From IMG/VR virus record IMGVR_UViG_3300021961_007031: 64,000 bases of DNA, one strand, 5' to 3'. Positions 38,953 to 47,997 of this stretch are shown in pieces. Every line of letters begins with the position of its first letter. The first letter of the stretch is position 1. This DNA is from a virus. A program made the position numbers and the translations under genes. The notes beneath the pieces were generated by a model, which saw nothing but the letters and a program-made list of their open reading frames with translations, was not told the DNA's origin and made no database searches.

Positions 38953-39141
38953 ATGGAAATTAAAGATCGTATTGCTATACTAGAAGAACAACATAGTAGA
39001 TTAGCAACAGCCTGCGAAGAGTTAGAAAAATCAAGACAATCTGATCGCAGAGAAGAAACAAAATTAAAGTTGTTAGATTTAAAGAAAAAGAAACTATCAG
39101 TCAAGGATGAGATAGCAGTTCTAAGAGGCAGTAATGGCTGA
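38953..39141 (+). CDS. small coiled-coil protein (YdcH/DUF465-like)
   Basis: LEEQH..LKKKKLSVKDEI. Confidence 0.55.
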   Translation: MEIKDRIAILEEQHSRLATACEELEKSRQSDRREETKLKLLDLKKKKLSVKDEIAVLRGSNG

Positions 39142-39769
39142 AAGGTATTTTAGAGTTTACTTGTGGGGCTATGGTGGCGAACAGGTAGTAGGCTCAATTA
39201 CTAAAGAGCAGTATGAATTTTGGAAGGATATTGATGAAGAATATCTAATCTCTCATGCTTTTTGGGATCCTTGGGATGCTGGCGATGATAATCCTGTATA
39301 TGATGACACTGATCCAAGGTGGCTAGGTCAGTGGTATGAACTAGATGACATCTTACATGAAAATGGTGTTAATGTTTCTACAGCACAGGTAACAATTGAT
39401 GAATTGGAAGACGATGACTATGGTAGCAGAATCATTGACACTGTTATAGCCAACATGGATTGGCAGCGGTTTGTTGATGAGTACTATATACAACTTCCAG
39501 AGCCCGACAATCAAGAAGACGCAATCTACGACGCTGAGTATACTTTTCACGGCACAAGCGTAGAAAAGGGCTGTTTTGGTGAATATTATATAAAAACTGA
39601 TGGTGAAGATCTAAATATTAGTAAACTAGGTTTTTCCTTGACAATGACGCCAAATGAGGATATAATATTACAATTAACTGATTATGCAGGACAAGAGGTT
39701 GACAATGTTGGTGGTGATTCCAACGGAAAAGGTTATTATGCTAATGTTTACTCAAGGGACGAAGATTAA
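39134..39769 (+). CDS. acidic hypothetical protein
   Basis: GYGGE motif; very D/E-rich. Confidence 0.55.
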   Translation: MAERYFRVYLWGYGGEQVVGSITKEQYEFWKDIDEEYLISHAFWDPWDAGDDNPVYDDTDPRWLGQWYELDDILHENGVNVSTAQVTIDELEDDDYGSRIIDTVIANMDWQRFVDEYYIQLPEPDNQEDAIYDAEYTFHGTSVEKGCFGEYYIKTDGEDLNISKLGFSLTMTPNEDIILQLTDYAGQEVDNVGGDSNGKGYYANVYSRDED

Positions 39770-40221
39770 TGGCTGAAAGAGAAACCAACGACCAATATAT
39801 GTTGCGTATGTTGCGTGAAGAGGGTTTAAAGCAACGACTACGCACATCTAAAAAAATGATTTGGGTTACATTTCAAAAGGAAGGTATACACAAGTATCCT
39901 GCTGCACTGGAAGATCCTAAACTAGCAACCGGTGACGAATATGATGTAAGTTTCCTGGGTTATCCACACCGTCATATATTCCACTTCAAAGTTGCTATTG
40001 AAGTATTCCATGATGATAGAGATATTGAATTTATTCAGTTTAAAAGGTGGTTGACAAAATTATATGATCAGCGTACACTAGAACTTGATTATAAGTCATG
40101 CGAAATGATTAGTGATGACTTATATTTGCAGATACAGGAACGTTATCCTGGCCGTAATGTTGAAATTGAAGTTAGTGAAGACGGCGAAAACGGTAGTATA
40201 ACTTTTTATAACAAGGACTAA
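39769..40221 (+). CDS. dpdL: QueD-paralog T-fold protein, DpdL-like (putative CDG decarboxylase)
   Basis: EGIH, LGYPHRHIF (LxxxHRHxF), RDIEF, SCEM, VSEDGENG. Confidence 0.65.
   Translation: MAERETNDQYMLRMLREEGLKQRLRTSKKMIWVTFQKEGIHKYPAALEDPKLATGDEYDVSFLGYPHRHIFHFKVAIEVFHDDRDIEFIQFKRWLTKLYDQRTLELDYKSCEMISDDLYLQIQERYPGRNVEIEVSEDGENGSITFYNKD
40051..40079 (+). promoter_or_regulatory. internal sigma70-like promoter
   Basis: TTGACA-N17-TACACT. Confidence 0.45.
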
Positions 40222-40228
40222 AATTAAA

Positions 40229-40441
40229 ATGAAACCACAAGTTTCAAAAGTATTTGACGATTTAGACGATTTCCTACGTTTTTGTAAGACGTTTGGACAC
40301 CCTTATAACGAGGCTGACCTATACAACAACGATAGCGAAATATATCAGCAGTACCGTATGCTTAAAGAAGGCAAACGCATAAGTAATAATTGGATGCGTG
40401 ATGCAAAGATTCATGGACACAGGATCTTTGGTAACCGTTAA
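40229..40441 (+). CDS. hypothetical protein
   Basis: AAGGA SD. Confidence 0.55.
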   Translation: MKPQVSKVFDDLDDFLRFCKTFGHPYNEADLYNNDSEIYQQYRMLKEGKRISNNWMRDAKIHGHRIFGNR

Positions 40442-40746
40442 TGTCGGATCCAAGTCTTAAGTTTCCCAATGCAATTACAGTAAACGCCTCCAACTACACC
40501 GACAGGAAAAATCATCTTCCTGGCGAAGGTGGTGCTCTTAATGCTGGCTATACGCCCGTAGATGCATTATGTATGGTTAGCAATTTACTTGGCAGTCATG
40601 GTCTACGATATAATGTAGATTGGTGGTGGGATGGATTTGGTTACGGTGATTATACCATTAATGGTCCATCTTACACACTAAATTTAATGTTTGCTAAAGA
40701 AGAGCATCGTTTACTACTTGATTTGGGACTTAAGAATGCAGGTTAG
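40441..40746 (+). CDS. hypothetical protein
   Basis: Coupled ORF. Confidence 0.5.
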   Translation: MSDPSLKFPNAITVNASNYTDRKNHLPGEGGALNAGYTPVDALCMVSNLLGSHGLRYNVDWWWDGFGYGDYTINGPSYTLNLMFAKEEHRLLLDLGLKNAG

Positions 40747-41959
40747 TTTTATAGGGTTGGGCAAACTTGGTTTGCCATGTGCAGAGGAAATAGCAAAAAA
40801 AGGACACACTGTTCTGGGTTACGATGTAGCACCGGTAACAAGCGAACTTGTAGACATCAAAGACACATTAGCGGAAGCAATAAAGTTTTCTAAGATTGTT
40901 TTTGTTGCTGTTCCTACTCCACACGAAGCCAATTATGATGGCCGTGTACCAACGGCACATTTAGAACCCAAAGACTTCAACTACGACATTGTAAAACAAG
41001 TATTGCGTGAGTGTAATGAACTCATGTACTCTGCACAAATGATTGTGTTAATTTCTACAGTGCTTCCTGGCACAGTGCGTAGAGAATTCGTTCCATTAAT
41101 TACAAATACACGTTTTGCGTACAACCCATATCTGATCGCAATGGGCAGCGTTGCCTGGGATTTTTTAAATCCTGAGATGGTTATGATTGGCACAGAGGGT
41201 GGCGATACTACATGGGATGCACAACTACTAGTAGACTTCTACAAAACAGTTATTGATAATGATCCACGCTTTGTAGTTGGTACTTGGGACGAATGCGAAT
41301 GTATCAAAGTGTTTTACAACACATTTATCAGTACCAAAATTGGACTGGCAAATATGATACAGGATGTTGCAGTAAGGCAGGGCAATATCAATGTTGATGT
41401 GGTTACCCAGGCACTAGCAGAGTCAACTAAACGAATCATGGGCCCGCAGTATATGACTGCAGGAATGGGTGATGGTGGTGCTTGCCATCCACGGGACAAT
41501 ATTGCCCTGCGCTACATGGCACAAGAACTAGATCTAGGTTATGATTTGTTTGATGCTATAATGAATGCAAGAGAAAAGCAAGCACACAACCTTGCAAAAC
41601 ATTTAGTGGATTTAGCAAACGAAAATGAGATGGAAATCTATATACACGGCAAAGCATACAAGCCAGGTGTAGAATACATTGACGGAAGTTATAGTTTATT
41701 AATTGGACATTATGTACAAGAAATGGGCAAAAGTGTAACATACATTGATCCATTGACTGGTGATAATAACGAACCCAAGCAACCTTGTGTAGTATTGTTA
41801 GCCCATAGTGCAAGTACAACATACAAATATATGCACCAGGAAAGCAATACAGATAAATTATATTGTGTGATACCCATGGGAAGCATAGTCGTAGACCCAT
41901 GGCGCAAGTTCCAAAGTCACGCAAGCAAGGTAATACATTATGGCAATACGCGAGTCTAA
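40736..41959 (+). CDS. UDP-glucose/GDP-mannose dehydrogenase family
   Basis: GLGKLG, VAVPTP, STVLPGT, GGACHPRD, GKAYKP. Confidence 0.9.
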   Translation: MQVSFIGLGKLGLPCAEEIAKKGHTVLGYDVAPVTSELVDIKDTLAEAIKFSKIVFVAVPTPHEANYDGRVPTAHLEPKDFNYDIVKQVLRECNELMYSAQMIVLISTVLPGTVRREFVPLITNTRFAYNPYLIAMGSVAWDFLNPEMVMIGTEGGDTTWDAQLLVDFYKTVIDNDPRFVVGTWDECECIKVFYNTFISTKIGLANMIQDVAVRQGNINVDVVTQALAESTKRIMGPQYMTAGMGDGGACHPRDNIALRYMAQELDLGYDLFDAIMNAREKQAHNLAKHLVDLANENEMEIYIHGKAYKPGVEYIDGSYSLLIGHYVQEMGKSVTYIDPLTGDNNEPKQPCVVLLAHSASTTYKYMHQESNTDKLYCVIPMGSIVVDPWRKFQSHASKVIHYGNTRV

Positions 41960-42479
41960 GTGGCACATAGGCTATATAGATCCCTTTTGGGATAATGCAC
42001 ATCATATTTTAGATTATGAGTCTGAAACGTTTAACAATTCAGACGACATTATAAGTTGGATGGAAAAAGGGTATACTGCACCGTATGTAGGTGATTTATG
42101 CGACATGCGTAAACTACAAACATGGTATGCTACAGACTTAACACAAATTTTTACAAACATCTATGGCATTCAGGATGTTGGTACAAGTTTCTACAGAATG
42201 AGAACAGGCGTAGTTCTACCCCCACACCGCGATACCTACAAAAAATATCGTGAATTGTTTAATGTAGAATTACATGAAATCCAACGTATCGTAGTTTTCC
42301 TTGAAGATTGGCAATCCGGACATTACTTTGAAATAGAAGGCAAGCCGATTGTAAGTTGGAAACGAGGCGATTACATATGGTGGCGTGGTGACGCAGAACA
42401 TATGGCCGCTAATATTGGCGATCGTGACAGATACACTTTACAAATAACAGGACACGATGGATTACAACGTTTTAAATGA
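41940..42479 (+). CDS. 2OG-Fe(II) oxygenase-like protein
   Basis: PPHRD (HxD), EHMAAN, RYTLQI. Confidence 0.65.
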   Translation: MAIRESKWHIGYIDPFWDNAHHILDYESETFNNSDDIISWMEKGYTAPYVGDLCDMRKLQTWYATDLTQIFTNIYGIQDVGTSFYRMRTGVVLPPHRDTYKKYRELFNVELHEIQRIVVFLEDWQSGHYFEIEGKPIVSWKRGDYIWWRGDAEHMAANIGDRDRYTLQITGHDGLQRFK

Positions 42480-43059
42480 TTTCGAACAGGTGCTTAGTGA
42501 TTATACTGGAGCACCCTATGTTGTATTAACAGACAGTTGCACTCATGCTATTGAACTTTGTTTAAGACTTAAAAAGTGGCAGGGTCCAGTCATACTCCCT
42601 AAACGCACTTACATAAGTGTTCCTATGACCATGCACAAGTTAGGGTTGCCTATTTACTGGGACGATGAACTTGAATGGCAGCATGAATATAGAATTGCTC
42701 CTACAAACATCTGGGATAGTGCTAGAGCATTTGATAAAAACATGTATGTTCGGGGTCGTATGCAATGTTTGAGTTTTGGCTTTGATAAGCGTCTTAATAT
42801 CGGACATGGCGGTGCAATACTATTAGACAGCAGAGGCGATCACCATATCCTAAAACGCATGGCTTACGATGGAAGAGATTTAAGTATTAGTCCCTGGGAA
42901 AAACAAGGCGGATGGTACTTAGGGTTTCATTATAATATGCGATTAGAAGACGCCGCAAAGGGTATTGAAATGATGCAGAAGCCCGAGCATTTACCCAGTT
43001 TAGCCAGCCAAATTAAAACATATCCAGATTGCAGTAAAATTTCAGTTAATATTGACTAA
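42457..43059 (+). CDS. short DegT/DnrJ-family PLP aminotransferase
   Basis: DSCTHAIEL, WDSA, LSFGFDK, GGAIL, GFHYNM. Confidence 0.75.
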   Translation: MDYNVLNDFEQVLSDYTGAPYVVLTDSCTHAIELCLRLKKWQGPVILPKRTYISVPMTMHKLGLPIYWDDELEWQHEYRIAPTNIWDSARAFDKNMYVRGRMQCLSFGFDKRLNIGHGGAILLDSRGDHHILKRMAYDGRDLSISPWEKQGGWYLGFHYNMRLEDAAKGIEMMQKPEHLPSLASQIKTYPDCSKISVNID

Positions 43060-43080
43060 TCGTCTAAATAATCTTATCAT
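43052..43080 (+). promoter_or_regulatory. composite promoter of dpdA
   Basis: TTGACT-N17-TATCAT with CGTCTAAATAA (43061-43071) in the spacer. Confidence 0.7.
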
Positions 43081-43102
43081 TAGATATTAAGAAGGTAAAG
43101 AT

Positions 43103-44566
43103 ATGGCAACCAGAGTTAATCTAAGCGAAAAGAATTATGACTACGCAGTGTTTACTCCTGCACTTAGCGGCTTTTATCAGAGTTATGTAAGCAAACAACA
43201 ACAAGACCCCAATCATGTAGAACAGTCTCGTATACCTGCAAAGTTTGAAAATGGTATAGAAGGACTTAACTTTCTCAATCCAGAGCAGGGCTACTTTACA
43301 TACAATCATGTACTCTACAGTGCTGGGCATGCTGAACTAGACATGGCTAAAGCAGTGGATCGTGAAAGCATGATCCATAAGCGTGACAGAGACAATACAG
43401 TGCTTATTGGTGACAGTGGCGGATTCCAGATCAGCAAAGGCGTTTGGCAAGGCAACTGGCTAGAGCCTGAAGGGCAATGTGCTGCTACAGACAAACAGCG
43501 TGGTACAGTTTTAAACTGGTTGGAAAATACAGCAGACTACAGTATGGTACTGGATATTCCTACAAATGGTTTAAACTTTGTTGACGAAAAAACTGGTAAG
43601 CCACGCTGTGGTTTGAATGACTACGCAGAGTTCCGCGACGCTACCAAGGCAAACAATAACTACTTCTTTAAACATAGACAGGGCAAAACAAAGTTCCTAA
43701 ATGTTCTGCAGGGCAGCACATACGAGCAAGCAGATGATTGGTTTGACAATGTATGCTTGCCTATTGTAAATGAAACAAGTGGCTGGGCATTTGGTGGTGT
43801 ACAAAAAACAAACCTTAACCACAGTTTAAGAAGGTTGCTATATCTCAAAGAACTTGGATTGCTACAAAAAGCAGAATGGATTCACTTCCTAGGTACAGGT
43901 AGACTTGATCAGGGTGTGATGTATACTGCAATGCAACGGGCTATTAGGAAGTCTATAAATCCAGACCTTACAATAAGCATGGATTGTGCAAGTCCATTTA
44001 TTGCTACAGCAAACGGCCAAGTGTACACTGACAATACATTTAATAACAAGCGTATTGGTTACAACATGGTACACATGGTAGACGAAAAGGATCCCGCACA
44101 CAAAGAAGCACCCTGGCCCTGGGACGACAGTCCTATTGGTGCTAGACTTACCTGGCGTGATGTTAACTGGTATGATCCAGGCGACTTAAACAAGATTGGT
44201 AAGGAAGGCAAAACCAGTTGGGATAGTTTTGCATACTGTTTAATGATGGGACATAACATCTACAAGCATATTGACTCAGTGCAAATGGCTAACCGTCTAA
44301 TGGCACGACCCATTGGTATGAATGAATGGATACCTGATCAATATCTACAGTTCCAGGAGCTCTGTGTAGACTTGTTTGCTAGAGATTACAACAAGAGCAT
44401 GGCTGCTATTGATGCAGAACTTGACAAGCATGAAGGTTTGATTAGTAAACTAAGCCGTATTAAAAATCTTAAAAACACAAACGCATTTGACAGTTTGTTT
44501 AGTTTTGATGTTCCCACAACCAACACTGATATAGACAGTAGCCAGGAAGAGGATGATGCTAGATGA
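43103..44566 (+). CDS. dpdA: TGT-fold DNA 7-deazaguanine transglycosylase (DpdA/DpdA2-like)
   Basis: GDSGGFQ, MVLDIP, NVLQG, GWAFGG, HFLG, SMDCASP; folE, queD and queE in the window. Confidence 0.78.
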   Translation: MATRVNLSEKNYDYAVFTPALSGFYQSYVSKQQQDPNHVEQSRIPAKFENGIEGLNFLNPEQGYFTYNHVLYSAGHAELDMAKAVDRESMIHKRDRDNTVLIGDSGGFQISKGVWQGNWLEPEGQCAATDKQRGTVLNWLENTADYSMVLDIPTNGLNFVDEKTGKPRCGLNDYAEFRDATKANNNYFFKHRQGKTKFLNVLQGSTYEQADDWFDNVCLPIVNETSGWAFGGVQKTNLNHSLRRLLYLKELGLLQKAEWIHFLGTGRLDQGVMYTAMQRAIRKSINPDLTISMDCASPFIATANGQVYTDNTFNNKRIGYNMVHMVDEKDPAHKEAPWPWDDSPIGARLTWRDVNWYDPGDLNKIGKEGKTSWDSFAYCLMMGHNIYKHIDSVQMANRLMARPIGMNEWIPDQYLQFQELCVDLFARDYNKSMAAIDAELDKHEGLISKLSRIKNLKNTNAFDSLFSFDVPTTNTDIDSSQEEDDAR

Positions 44567-45633
44567 GCACCATTTATATTATATGTCTGGAACCAATTGA
44601 CCAGAGATATACTAAACAGTGGTATACAAACATTCCCAATATACTGGAACAGCGTATTCAGGAACAGGGCTTAGATTATCAGGTAGTTACTATTGAAGGT
44701 GAGACTGTGCCTGACAACACAACAGCAGGTGCGTTCCTGGACTTTGGTGCTACAAATGTTTATAAAGCAAGCCAGACTGTAACTGTTAGCAAGATGTTCA
44801 GTGCAGGAGAAATTAAGCCTGGCGACAAGTTTTTGGTTACTGATGCCTGGAACTTTATTATTACACCTATCAAATACATGAGCGATTTGCTGGACATTCC
44901 AGTAGAAATACACAGTATCTGGCATGCTGGCGCATATGATCCTAGCGACATACTGGGCTACAAAATGAACAAGCCCTGGCCCTGGGAAGCAGAGCGCAGT
45001 TGGTATCACAGTAGCGATTACAACTATTACGCCAGTGAGAACCATCGCAGGATGTTCCTCAACAACTTAAACATTCCAGAAGAGTATCATTATAAAGCAG
45101 TGCGTAGTGGACAGCCACACGAACTGATAATTGCAGATCTTGTTAAACATCAAAGCACGCCTAAACAAAATCGTGTTATGTGGCCGCACAGATACAATGC
45201 TGACAAGCAGCCAGAGATAGCAGAAGACTTGAGCACTGATTTTGACATGGTAATCACACAAAAAATGAACTTGAGTAAACCTGATTACTATGCTACAATG
45301 GGTACAAGTAAACTTATTTTTAGTTGTGCATTGCATGAAAATCTTGGCATCAGTGTCATGGAAGCGGTGCTGACTGGAGCAATACCTGTTGTGCCGGATC
45401 GTTGCAGTTACAGTGAAATGTATTTGGATGAATTTAAATATCCCAGTGAATGGACTATCAATCAGGAGAGTTACGAAAAGAACAAACATAGAGTAGTTGA
45501 GTTTATACAAGACAAACTGGACAACTATTCTAACTATCATAACCTAATTCGTGAGCAACAGAGTATTCTTGTCCAAGATTATTTGAGCTGTGACGTTATG
45601 ATGGACAGACTATTAAACACGGAAGTTCAGTGA
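44563..45633 (+). CDS. GT-B glycosyltransferase coupled to dpdA
   Basis: WHAG, WPHR..DKQPE, ENLGISVMEA..GAIPVVPDR; ATGA overlap. Confidence 0.8.
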   Translation: MSTIYIICLEPIDQRYTKQWYTNIPNILEQRIQEQGLDYQVVTIEGETVPDNTTAGAFLDFGATNVYKASQTVTVSKMFSAGEIKPGDKFLVTDAWNFIITPIKYMSDLLDIPVEIHSIWHAGAYDPSDILGYKMNKPWPWEAERSWYHSSDYNYYASENHRRMFLNNLNIPEEYHYKAVRSGQPHELIIADLVKHQSTPKQNRVMWPHRYNADKQPEIAEDLSTDFDMVITQKMNLSKPDYYATMGTSKLIFSCALHENLGISVMEAVLTGAIPVVPDRCSYSEMYLDEFKYPSEWTINQESYEKNKHRVVEFIQDKLDNYSNYHNLIREQQSILVQDYLSCDVMMDRLLNTEVQ

Positions 45634-46397
45634 TGAAATTAGCTGTCTGTGGTGATTCTTGGGCTAGTATAGATAATAATGACCCATCATCTAGTTTTTC
45701 AGAGATACTGTGTAAAGATCATGGCTGGGATTTATATAACTTAGCTCGCCCAGGAGCAAGTAATTTTGCAATTTGTTTGCAAATAGATCAGGCAGTTAAA
45801 CTTGATGCAGATTTTGTAATAATAAGCACAACTACTCCTGGACGTATTGAAGTTCCTTTAAAAGGAAAAACATATGTAAAGGAACTAATAGGCAAGAATA
45901 TACATTATCCAGACACTAGGCAACCTGCAATATCAGACATAGGCAAAGAAATGATGAAAGATCCTACTATTGCTGTAGATGTACTTGGTAATTTTGAGAC
46001 TATATGGAATGAGGACTATAAAAAAGTTTTGCCAGAGACTTTCCTAGATACTTTAAAATCTTATGTTGTGGATATGTTTGACCAGAATATAAAATTACAA
46101 TATGATACATGGATTATGAGCGATGCATGTCGTAGGTTATTGGATAAGAAAGTTCCCTTTTTAATAATAATTGATTACTTATATAATGGCTACAGTGTAG
46201 GTGATCCTTATCATGATTTTGAAGTAGATTTAAATTGGATACCGGCGAAATATTTAATACACTATGACGATTTCGCATGGCATAGGGAAACTGTTGTTGA
46301 CAATAAACACTATTACCATTATAGTTCGTCTAGTGCCCAAAAAATAGCAGATTACATATTTGCAAGAATAAACAAAGTAAAGGAACTTAGTGCATGA
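45633..46397 (+). CDS. SGNH-like protein
   Basis: VCGDSW, GASN, C-terminal YH. Confidence 0.55.
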   Translation: MKLAVCGDSWASIDNNDPSSSFSEILCKDHGWDLYNLARPGASNFAICLQIDQAVKLDADFVIISTTTPGRIEVPLKGKTYVKELIGKNIHYPDTRQPAISDIGKEMMKDPTIAVDVLGNFETIWNEDYKKVLPETFLDTLKSYVVDMFDQNIKLQYDTWIMSDACRRLLDKKVPFLIIIDYLYNGYSVGDPYHDFEVDLNWIPAKYLIHYDDFAWHRETVVDNKHYYHYSSSSAQKIADYIFARINKVKELSA

Positions 46398-47083
46398 GAA
46401 ATACTTCCGAAAAAATTATAGAACGAATAAAACAAAAAAATGGACGCTACTGGGCTGGCGACAACATAAGCCAATATCTAGAACCAGGTGACAAAGAAGC
46501 ACTTATTGACGAACTTACTGGTAAGTTTGAAAGTGTTATAGATAGTTTGGTTATCGATCGTTATACAGATCCAAATAGTCGTGATACTGGCAGACGTTTG
46601 GCCAAGATGTACATTAAAGAGATAATGAGCGGCCGGTATAATCCTAAACCCAAAGCAACTGCTTTTCCTAATCATACTGATGAACCATATGATGGCATGC
46701 TGGTTGTGCGTAGTGAACTTAAAAGCATGTGCAGCCATCATCATCAACCAGTTGCAGGTGTCGCTTATATAGGTATTATTGCCGCAGATAAACTTATTGG
46801 TTTGAGCAAGTATACACGCATAGCGCAATGGTGTGCAAGGCGTGGTACACTACAAGAAGAACTTGCCATGGATATTGCAAGAGAAATTATGAATGCCACT
46901 GGCAGCAAGAACGTCGGCGTATATATACAAGCGACGCATGGCTGTTGTGAGAACCGTGGTATCATGGCACACAGTAGTCTAACACAAACTACAGTTTTGC
47001 GTGGCAGTTTCCATAATGATCCTGCTTGCAAGAAAGAGTTTATGGACAATATTAAATTGCAACAGGAATTTGCACCAAGATGA
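46394..47083 (+). CDS. folE: GTP cyclohydrolase I
   Basis: SMCSHH, GLSKY.R, LQEEL, HGCCENRG. Confidence 0.95.
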   Translation: MRNTSEKIIERIKQKNGRYWAGDNISQYLEPGDKEALIDELTGKFESVIDSLVIDRYTDPNSRDTGRRLAKMYIKEIMSGRYNPKPKATAFPNHTDEPYDGMLVVRSELKSMCSHHHQPVAGVAYIGIIAADKLIGLSKYTRIAQWCARRGTLQEELAMDIAREIMNATGSKNVGVYIQATHGCCENRGIMAHSSLTQTTVLRGSFHNDPACKKEFMDNIKLQQEFAPR

Positions 47084-47997
47084 AATTACTATTAACTGGC
47101 AGCAGTGGGTTTATAGGTCAGGCCATAACGCCTAGACTTGAAAAAGAATACGAATTACATCATTTGCAAAGTGATTTATTAAATCATGCTGATGTAAAAG
47201 CAGAAGTTGCAAATGTAAATCCAGACCTTATTGTACATTTGGCTGCTAGGACCGAAGTAGAAAAGAGTTTTTACGAGCAAATAAGTTTTAGTGAAGTCAA
47301 TTATATTGGCACACTAAACCTTATAGAAAGTGCTAAAACACTAAAAAATCTTAAAAACTTCGTATTTGCTAGTACAATGGAAGTTTACGGATGGCAGCCT
47401 ATTAGTGATGAAATCGAACACACTGGAACATATAAAACTAGAGTAGCATTTGACGAGAATACTATACCTAACCCAAACGCTCCTTATGCAGTAGCAAAGT
47501 ATGGATGTGAAAAGTATTTAGAGTACGCACATCGTTGTTTAAATTTGCCATTTACTGCTATAAGGCAAACTAATGCATATGGCAGACACGACAACGATTT
47601 CTTTGTTACAGAAGCAATTATTAGTCGCATGTTAAAAAATCCACACGAAATTGACATGGGTTACGCTAAACCTTGGCGTAATTTTATCTATGTTGACGAT
47701 CTTATAGAAGCATGGATGACAGTCATTACAAATCCAGAAAAAGTTAACACAGGTAAAATTTTTACTATTGGTCCAGATAACGCACTTAGTATAGAAGACT
47801 ATGTAAATATAATTGGAAAAAAACTTAATTGGCATGGTCAAATAAACTGGAATAAGCGTCCTACCAGAGATGGAGAGATTTATTGGCTAAACAGTAATCA
47901 TGATCTAATTACAAAAGTGTTAGGTTGGCAACCTAAAGTGTCAATAGACGAGGGATTGGATAAAACTATAGAAATATGGAAAATCAAACTAAGTTAA
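47080..47997 (+). CDS. NAD-dependent nucleotide-sugar epimerase/dehydratase
   Basis: TGSSGFIG, HLAA, YAVAK, RNFIYVDD. Confidence 0.9.
   Translation: MKLLLTGSSGFIGQAITPRLEKEYELHHLQSDLLNHADVKAEVANVNPDLIVHLAARTEVEKSFYEQISFSEVNYIGTLNLIESAKTLKNLKNFVFASTMEVYGWQPISDEIEHTGTYKTRVAFDENTIPNPNAPYAVAKYGCEKYLEYAHRCLNLPFTAIRQTNAYGRHDNDFFVTEAIISRMLKNPHEIDMGYAKPWRNFIYVDDLIEAWMTVITNPEKVNTGKIFTIGPDNALSIEDYVNIIGKKLNWHGQINWNKRPTRDGEIYWLNSNHDLITKVLGWQPKVSIDEGLDKTIEIWKIKLS

Noticed and set aside
43103-44566. Queuosine tRNA-guanine transglycosylase acting on tRNA
   Set aside because: It lacks the bacterial Tgt Zn-binding CxCxxC and is longer and divergent, and no queA, queF or queC is present. A DNA-acting DpdA fits better, though this is unproven.
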